DNA of 64,000 nucleotides, from NCBI GenBank assembly GCA_004431415.1, contig QPMI01000026.1:1-64000 (forward strand). Direction: 5' to 3'. The position numbers were made by a program, and so were the translations under genes. The DNA is from Cyanophora paradoxa CCMP329 (Eukaryota > Plantae > Glaucophyta). The notes beneath the pieces were generated by a model, which saw only the letters and a program-made list of their open reading frames with translations, had not been told where the DNA came from and ran no database searches. Shown piece after piece: positions 56,501 through 64,000 of the stretch. Each line of letters opens with the position of its first letter. The first letter of the stretch is position 1.

Positions 56501-59500
56501 TATAGGTTCCTGTATTGGCAGCGAGGCTCGTACATGAACAAGTCTCGAGAATCGTGAACATTGATCATGAGGATCTCACCCCATAAGCACTGAAGACAAT
56601 CCGAGTCATTCGCTGTCCGATAGGTTCCTGCGGGACACGCCTGCGACGAGTTTCGACATCCGGCCAGTATAAGATTCTAAATTAAAGCACCAGGCAGTTC
56701 TGCCGGTCCATAGATGCAATCTGCCCCGCGGGGCACTTCTCGCAGAATGTTTGCCCTGCCCAGCGCGTGATCGCATTCACGGGGCATCTGCGAATCCGCT
56801 TCAATAATTGTCGCGGACAAATAGCTCAAACAGAGCAGGACGTCGCACTCGACGCAAGTTTGGTTGGTTTCAAACCATCCGGCCCGGCACGGCTCGCAGC
56901 CCGTCCGGTCATCTAGCGACACCGTCCCGTTGGCGCAACGGGTGCAATTCGGCGCGCCCTCGAGACTATACGTTCCTGATGCAAGCGTTGAAAAATGAGA
57001 AAGTTCAGAGGGTCGAGTAAGCGCTTAATAACTGTGATTCACCCCATGGACACAAACGGCATTCGGAGTCGTTTTGTGCTCGGTACGTCCCCGCAGAACA
57101 CCGCTGCGCGCAGAACGAATATAATCATTTAGCAGTAGAGCTATATCAATCCGGCAACCACGCGCCAGGCAGTTTTGCCTGTCCATGGACGCAATCTGCC
57201 CCGCAGCACATGGCATACATGTTGTCGCTCCTGCCTCGGGAGTGACCCTATTTACTGGGCATCTGCAAACCCGCATCGATGTCGTCAATATAATGTTGCT
57301 TGATTTAATTAAATAGAAACAAAAGCCGCACTCCGCGCAGGTCTGGTTGGTTTCATACCAGCCTGCCCGGCATGGCTCGCAATCTGTTCGGTCATCCCTT
57401 GAGATGGTCCCTGCAGGACATGCAGTGCACGCAGTTGCGCCTGTAGCTGCGCCCTTATTGCTTTTGGTCCCTGCACACAGAGTGTCAATTCAAATATTCG
57501 AAGATGCGCATGCGCGAGTATGTCGCGTAGTTGCATCAGCATCATACCCGAAGGACATAGCAGGCACTGTTTGTTGCTCTCGAACCAGCCCGCCCGGCAT
57601 GGCTCGCAATCTGTTCGATCATCCCTCGAGATGGTCCCTGCAGGACATGCAGTGCACTCAGTCGCGCCTGTGGCTGCACCCTTATTGCTTTTGGTCCCTG
57701 CACGCAGAGCATCATATATACACGTAAGCATGAAGCGCAGCTGCAGAAGCATCGTACGCGTACCCCAGGGACACGGCTGGCACTGTTTGTTGCTCTCGAA
57801 CCAGCCCGCCCGGCATGGCTCGCACCCCGTCCTGTCATCACGTGACATTGAACCTGCAGAACATTGGTTGCATGTAGTCGCGCCGGTAGATGTGCCCTTT
57901 TCGCTTTCTGTCCCTGCGCCGACAGAGTCGGGATATATAGTTTTACATATGCGACTGCAATCTGGAAAATGCTTATACCCCATGGACATGGCCGGCAGTC
58001 GGACATACTATCGCTTCGGTATGTTCCAGCTGGACAGGGCTGCGAATTCGAATTGAATGGATAAATTAGTAAATGAAAGTCAAGAATCCGCGCGCATCTG
58101 CTAAATCCTTGAAACTACTGACCTCGCAATACGAGCGCTCTGGGTTAGGGCGATGGCCTGCAGAGCAGGTCTCGTAGTTTCCACTTCCCTGGATTGCAAC
58201 AGCCCCAGGAGGGACTTCGACGCAAGAAAGTAGAGCGCCATTCCTATACGTTCCCGCAGGACAATCTATCGTTGAAAGTTAAAAATGCGATATCGTTCTA
58301 TACGTGTACGTAATCATCTCAAAATATAAATTACCGATGCAACTCTGTCCATCTGCAGAGGAATATGTGCCATTGTCGCATCTGATACGCAGCGATTCAA
58401 CGTAGAGGCTGCAATCACGTCGCGACAAGACGCACTTTTCGCATTCAGTTGTAGTTGCGACTGAGCTAGCCTTATAATTGAGTGGGCAAGGCTCGCATAA
58501 TGATCCACGGAACAGCTGATATGTGCCTTTCGGACAAGCAGTGCCTGGCATATTAAAGGATGGATATGAGAAAGAGTGTGCCGGCATATGAGAAAGAGTG
58601 TGCCGGATATGAGATTGATATGTGATCATGAGTATGAGCTGATCGTGACGACTCACATTCTGACGATTGACCTTGGGAGAAGTATCCATGATCACCTTGC
58701 AGAAAGTACAATAAAAGAGGTGTATGCACTATGTTATGACAAGGCAATACGTACAGGTCACGCATTCGGCAATACCGAGCGCGCCTTTTGAAGACTTTGT
58801 CATGGCAGGGCATGGAAGACATCCTGCACGGAATCAATCAGAGGTGGGGGTGGTGGGGGTGGGGGCCTATCAATTTACCAGAGGCCCCTTTGTGAGGAAG
58901 ATAGAATCCCGCTTCACACACTGTGAGTCCAAGTCAACGGTTTCAGAGTCAAGAAGTCAAACTAGGATAGGGAATCTGTTTACAAAGACAATCTCTTCCC
59001 CAGCGCGGATTCTGGGTGTACGCATTGTCGGCGCATGCGGTACATGTTGGACTTCCTGGTGAGGTGGAGTACTTGCCGAGGGGACAGTCTAAAACCGCGC
59101 GTTTGTTCACGCAAAAACCGTCATTTCAAACTGTTCCTCACCGTAGCAAGAGCTTGCTCCCTCAGAGCTCGCGGTACCTTCAGGGCAGTTGGTGCCTGCA
59201 ACGAGACATTAATTATGCGCTCTTTAATTGAGTGCGGTATTCATGAACTCACATTCAGTTTTCCCGCCTTCGGAGTACTGTCCCGCAGGGCACGTTTGCG
59301 CCTCTACGGTGTAATTTATCATTCCTGTCAAATCCCCGTACCATCCTGCACGTAGATGAATTTGAATCCATACCACAGAACATCCCAGGTGTTTTACATG
59401 ACGCGCTCACCTGGCGGGATCGGAATACAATCTTCGCCTCCACCGTACAGAGTGTCCGAGTTGAAGTACTGTCATGATCACGCATCGCGCATCAAAAATC

Positions 59501-62500
59501 CAGTAGAGCGGTTTCCACACTCGAAAAATCCATTGAGCGCACTGTTCCTTTTGGGCAGTCCACGTTAATGCGGAATATGGAGCCTCTGCAGATATTTCAG
59601 TTCGAGAAACTCCATTTTATATACAAATGCCTTCTCTATCAACGCACGATGCTGTATAGAAAACGATGTATGGAAGGGTGCGGAATGCGGCTGCACTACT
59701 AGAGTCCTGGGGATTGAAGTTCGAGAAAGTATATTGCATTGGACTGTATGAGCTCATGAGCGAGGAAATGTATCTGCGCATCACGCACACAAACATCGTT
59801 TGTTAGCTGCGTATGCAATCCGATATATATTTAACTAATTGTGCACTCATAATCCACAAGAGCAAGCCCGCCGCTGCGAAGGGAACGCTCTTCAATATGG
59901 AAAATCGGCAGCAGGTGCGCAGGCAAAAGCTACCCGATTGGATGAGGAAAAATGGATGCTGGAATGACTATTTTTGGGCTCGCTTGGGAAAAGCTTAGGT
60001 CGGACCCGTCAACACCTCGAATCTGGTTCAGGTGATTTTTATTATGCACAGGCATACATAAGGATATAAGGACGAACGACGATCAATTCGCTGGTTGGAT
60101 CGCTTGAGTGGGCGGAGGCTTTCCGCAAACGACTCGACGACGTAAAAATTTGAAGTCGCATCGGAGTGTTGATCTGGTTATGCCTGCGCCACGTAACATT
60201 TTCTCTATCCATTGCAATTGAAGTCGAGAATTCGAATACATATACGGAAAGTAAAAATCGACCTGACCTCTCCCTGACGACGTAAAGATTTCCGTTCATA
60301 TAGACTGCAGCCGACACAGAAGTCCACGTGACAGTATTGCCTCTGCTATAAGCGTTGTACGTTGGAGTTCCGCCGACTGAAGCTGCCAAATCTAACTTGC
60401 CGGAAAGGACGCCACCCATGGCGGACTGATGCTTGGAAGGACGCCTGCAGCGCTTGGATAAGAAGGGCATGGAAAAATAGGAAGGGAGTGTACAAACCTC
60501 AGCCTCACAATCTCATCGGGGAACACGTAGAAGGAATATTCTCCGCTCTTACTTTCCACCCAGCGCCCCTCAGCTGCCTGCTTCATATCAATTCGGAACA
60601 CTTTGGACATACACCCCTTTGAACGCTCACCCCTTTGCCAATTTCGCCTGTGCCACCCCATGCATTCTGAGAGATGAACTGTGGTGCTACATCGTTAAAT
60701 TCTGTGTCGTCGGCACTTTTCTTGTATTCCCAAGTTCGCCTGATAAGTATGAGCGGGTCGCGAGCTAGCTTCACATCTGTACCGTCGACGCTCCAGCTCC
60801 ACGCTGCAGCGATAAGTATTATGCATATCAGCGTTGTTGAACCGCACCTGAATACTCAATTAATCTCACCTGCGATGACGTGCTGGATGGCTTTAGGGTA
60901 TGCAGTCTTGGTGAACGGGATTCTTAATATTCCATGATAGTGAATTGGGCCTTGTTCCGATGTACGCCCATCATACGCCATGGCTTGCATAATTGCTGGC
61001 AAAGGTGCTTTGTGTGCGTAGTCACGGTTTAATCCGTACCCCATGGCTTGTGCGCTATCAGATATTACTCCAGGTTTGATCTGGAAGTCAGGTCCAATTT
61101 GCGACAACAGATAATCAATGCCTTCGCCGAAAGAAAAATCGATGGATCGCTCATCGGGGTTGCTCCGCAACCGGCAGAGCCGCAACCTCAGATCCATAGT
61201 TGTGAATTTCCAGGTATAAGCGAACGCAGGGGATGACATCGGTGCGTATGTGGCGAAATAAGCAACTCCTGCAGATTCGTCACTCATTAGAATGGCAAAT
61301 TTGATACCGATACTGCACGTACCATGCTGCCAGAATGAGAAGTGCGAAAGCTCAATAAGTGGTTCTCTTTTTGTATAAATAGTAGAGAAACCGCCAGCCG
61401 CCCAATCGAAGTCTTCCCCTGGAAATCGAAGTAAACTCATTATTAGCGCTTAGGTCATCTCGAATCGAACGAATCGGACACACATATCGGACACGATAGA
61501 CCCTCATTCGTGTCGAACGGGCGACCGACGTTATCGAGCAAATCTTGTTCGAAATCGCTGTCTGTGCCTTGAATCTTTCGCTTCAATACTCCATACAGGT
61601 TCGCCTGTAGAAACGATCAGGTCACTTCTGAGCTATCGATCGCGAGATTGGACAAATTTTAATAAGAAGTTGACTTCACACGCACGTGCAGCATCCAGCC
61701 AGTCGATCCGGTCGGTTTTGTGTCAAGCAAAAAAACCGTGTCCAGTGCCCCGAAAAATCGAAACCTGCCCGCACACGTTTAAATTCAAATTTGGACTGTA
61801 TAGAATGTAAAAGAGTTTTGAATCATTTTAGAAGCGTACGTAGGGTCCCACACAGACAGCGTTTGCGCAAGATTGTTTATCGTACTATCGTCGACCAATT
61901 GACTGACTGGAGTCGTCGACATGTACGCCACAGCTTCAAACATTACCTCGCGCCACCTGTACACGTGCAAGTGAGTCTTATATATATATACATATATATG
62001 TAATCGATTCTGTCACTTGATCACTCTGAAATTGAAGATCACGTACCATGCGCCGGCGCTGTTAGGGTCTCTAGTCATGTAATTATACACATCACAAAGG
62101 CTTTCGGTTGATGCACTAGCACTGTTGCACGTGTTTTCGAGATCAAGCTCCGCAAAGAGGCTTCTCGCATTTGAGGCAGGCGATGGTCCGCATGCGAATT
62201 CAGAAGTCCAATTCCGCGGATTCAAGTCATTTGGACTGCACTGTGGAAGCATACCTCGGATGGCGATCGCAGCCGATCGCGACAGCCACAAGAATCTTTT
62301 TACCTTTGACACTAGGCCAGCATCACTTGTCCGACCGCGGTCTGCGAACGCATATCCTAGCCAGTTGTAGGCAGCGTAAAGATAGCAAAAAGCCGCAGAA
62401 TAGCCGACTGCGGTGGTGCCACCGCCTACACTGCTCTTTGCGTTCGCAGTCGCAAACCAAGCTTTGAGACCGCTATCACTGCCTGAGCTCCAGCATGATG

Positions 62501-63475
62501 AGCCGTTCCAGATCAAACCGTAACCCATCAAAGAAGGAACCGCCGCCGCAAACCAGTTGGTTTTGTTGACAAGCCACGCGCGGTCGCCAACCCATCGACC
62601 TATATTATCTGGGTCCTGCGCGAATATTAATATTAATTTCGATTCCGAACGCGTATACGTACGCTCGAAGATTTAACCTTAAGCTTTACGCACCCGCCCG
62701 GGGAAAGGAGTGAAGGACGAAAAGGAGAAGTCCGTAGCACGAAATGCAGCCGCGGCCGCTGCGTTCGAACTCTATCGGAGGAGCGCAATCAAACGCGGTA
62801 TAGAATTGGTAGTTGTCGCGATCGAATGGCAAGCGTACCGATGTGCTCTTCAAATCTATTGTTGTCATGCAAAAGTTATTGATTACGTCCCACTCTGCAG
62901 AGGCCCATAGACATCATTTCATTGGCGTTATTCCTCGGCCAGCGGTCGAAGATTTCATCACTTACCACACCTGCGCAATCGATATCATCGATATCAGTCT
63001 AATCATCAGTCGCAATATATGTAGTTATATCAACGTCAGTCGAGTGACGCACAGCTGCAAATGTCCCGAGCTGGCTGTGCCGATCACAGCGAGGCGAACA
63101 TCAGACGATCCAGGAAATTGCGCGGCTCCGCCAAATGGAGAGAGCTGCTTCACCAGGTGAATCTTCCGAATATCACCTATCGATATTATCGACTGTATCA
63201 GGCGGGCAACGAAACGGCCACCGATCGCGATAAATCATGACCTGCTGGGTAGCTGGCCGCGCTCGCCGGCGCCGGCGCCGTCCCCATGTACAGTCCGCCG
63301 ATCACAAAGATGCACATTACAAGAAGCGGAGTAGCTTGTCGATCTAGATCTGCAGCAGCGTTGATGCCAATGAATCAATGCACATGCTTGGTGCAGTCTA
63401 CTTACGTTTGCGAGCACGTTTCCCGCGTCCACCCCGCCGCAAGAAGAGGAGGGGGTCAGCCGTCGACGTCGCCAT
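50528..63475 (-). CDS. Very large multi-exon surface protein: signal peptide, unknown N-terminal domain, many Cys-rich (ephrin-receptor-like/GCC2-GCC3) repeats, three C-terminal TM helices
   Basis: Start MATSTADP...PLLVMCIFVIGGLYMGTAPAPASA. Repeats such as CPAGTISRDDRTDCEPCRAGWFESNKQC across ~52.7-59.3 kb. TM1 FLYIGSALAGGLVFFGLLLVFYLWLL, TM2 GAFFTLFGVVAIAVAVSFIAV, TM3 MLGLASAAFGIGGQAFVAYII. Ends KATTISL*. Not every junction was verified. Confidence 0.82.
57330..57905 (-). repeat. Recent tandem triplication of a Cys-rich exon within the large gene
   Basis: Three similar exons with the DNA core CCAGCCYGCCCGGCATGGCTCGCA. Confidence 0.85.
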
Positions 63476-64000
63476 ATGCATGGCATGCGCAATTGCTACG
63501 ATGCGTATGGAGCTGCGAAAGCTACACGTGCACTTGCAGCCTGCAGCTGCAGCTGGCGCGCGTGAAAGGTCGTTCGTGCACTCGGCTTGAGTACTAGTCT
63601 AGCCAAATCTAGATTGATTTATATGTCGTGCTCTTGGCACTGCTGGGCTCAGCGGATAACGTTCGAACGGTTGACAGTGCAAGACTCCCTGACTGGGCCA
63701 CTCGCTCCGGCCCCGGCGGGCGGCGGCGGCCCGGCTCGCGCGCAGCTATTGCTCGGCGAGGGTGCTTTGCTGCAGTGCCGCCGCTCAGCGGCTGTGCCGG
63801 CGTGCTGCTGCAGTGCCACGGCAGTGAGTGCACGACCCGCACTGCGCAAGCTGGAGCTCTGGAGCCTGGAGCTCTGGAGCCTCTCAGTCTAGTCTCAGAC
63901 TCTGAGAGTCTGTGCCGCAGTGCAGTGCACTAGTACTGCGGCAGCTGCACTGGACCGTCGGACTACGGATCCCGTGATCCGGGAGTCGGGACTCGGGACC

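Overview
Eukaryotic, GC-rich, intron-dense DNA, so the six-frame ORF track is largely misleading. Introns have donors GTGCGC/GTACGC/GTGAG plus recurrent GC donors, branch point GCTGAC and acceptor YAG. The style suggests a protist or alga; a glaucophyte such as Cyanophora is an unverified guess. Hand splicing supports: a small Ada-type HCCC zinc-finger gene (-); three VIT1/CCC1 vacuolar iron transporter copies (intact, one with a possible 1-bp frameshift, one truncated pseudogene); a gene with a C-terminal MDM2-like C2H2C4 RING plus its pseudogene; two paralogues of an unrecognised gene made of six 4-exon, 4-Cys repeat domains; and a 13-kb Cys-rich receptor-like gene (-) ending in a module with ENaC/P2X/Erv46-like topology. 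A segmental duplication (about 5.9-17 kb vs 34.7-45.3 kb) provides empty sites for two non-LTR retroposon insertions, a recent non-autonomous LTR element and hAT-type MITEs. The most striking signal from paralogue comparison is a recurrent 6-nt fold-back insertion (X to X-X'-X, e.g. AGA to AGA-TCT-AGA). Also seen: duplicated splice junctions, gene-conversion-like tracts and a CpG-depleted island. All coordinates and splice models were derived by eye.
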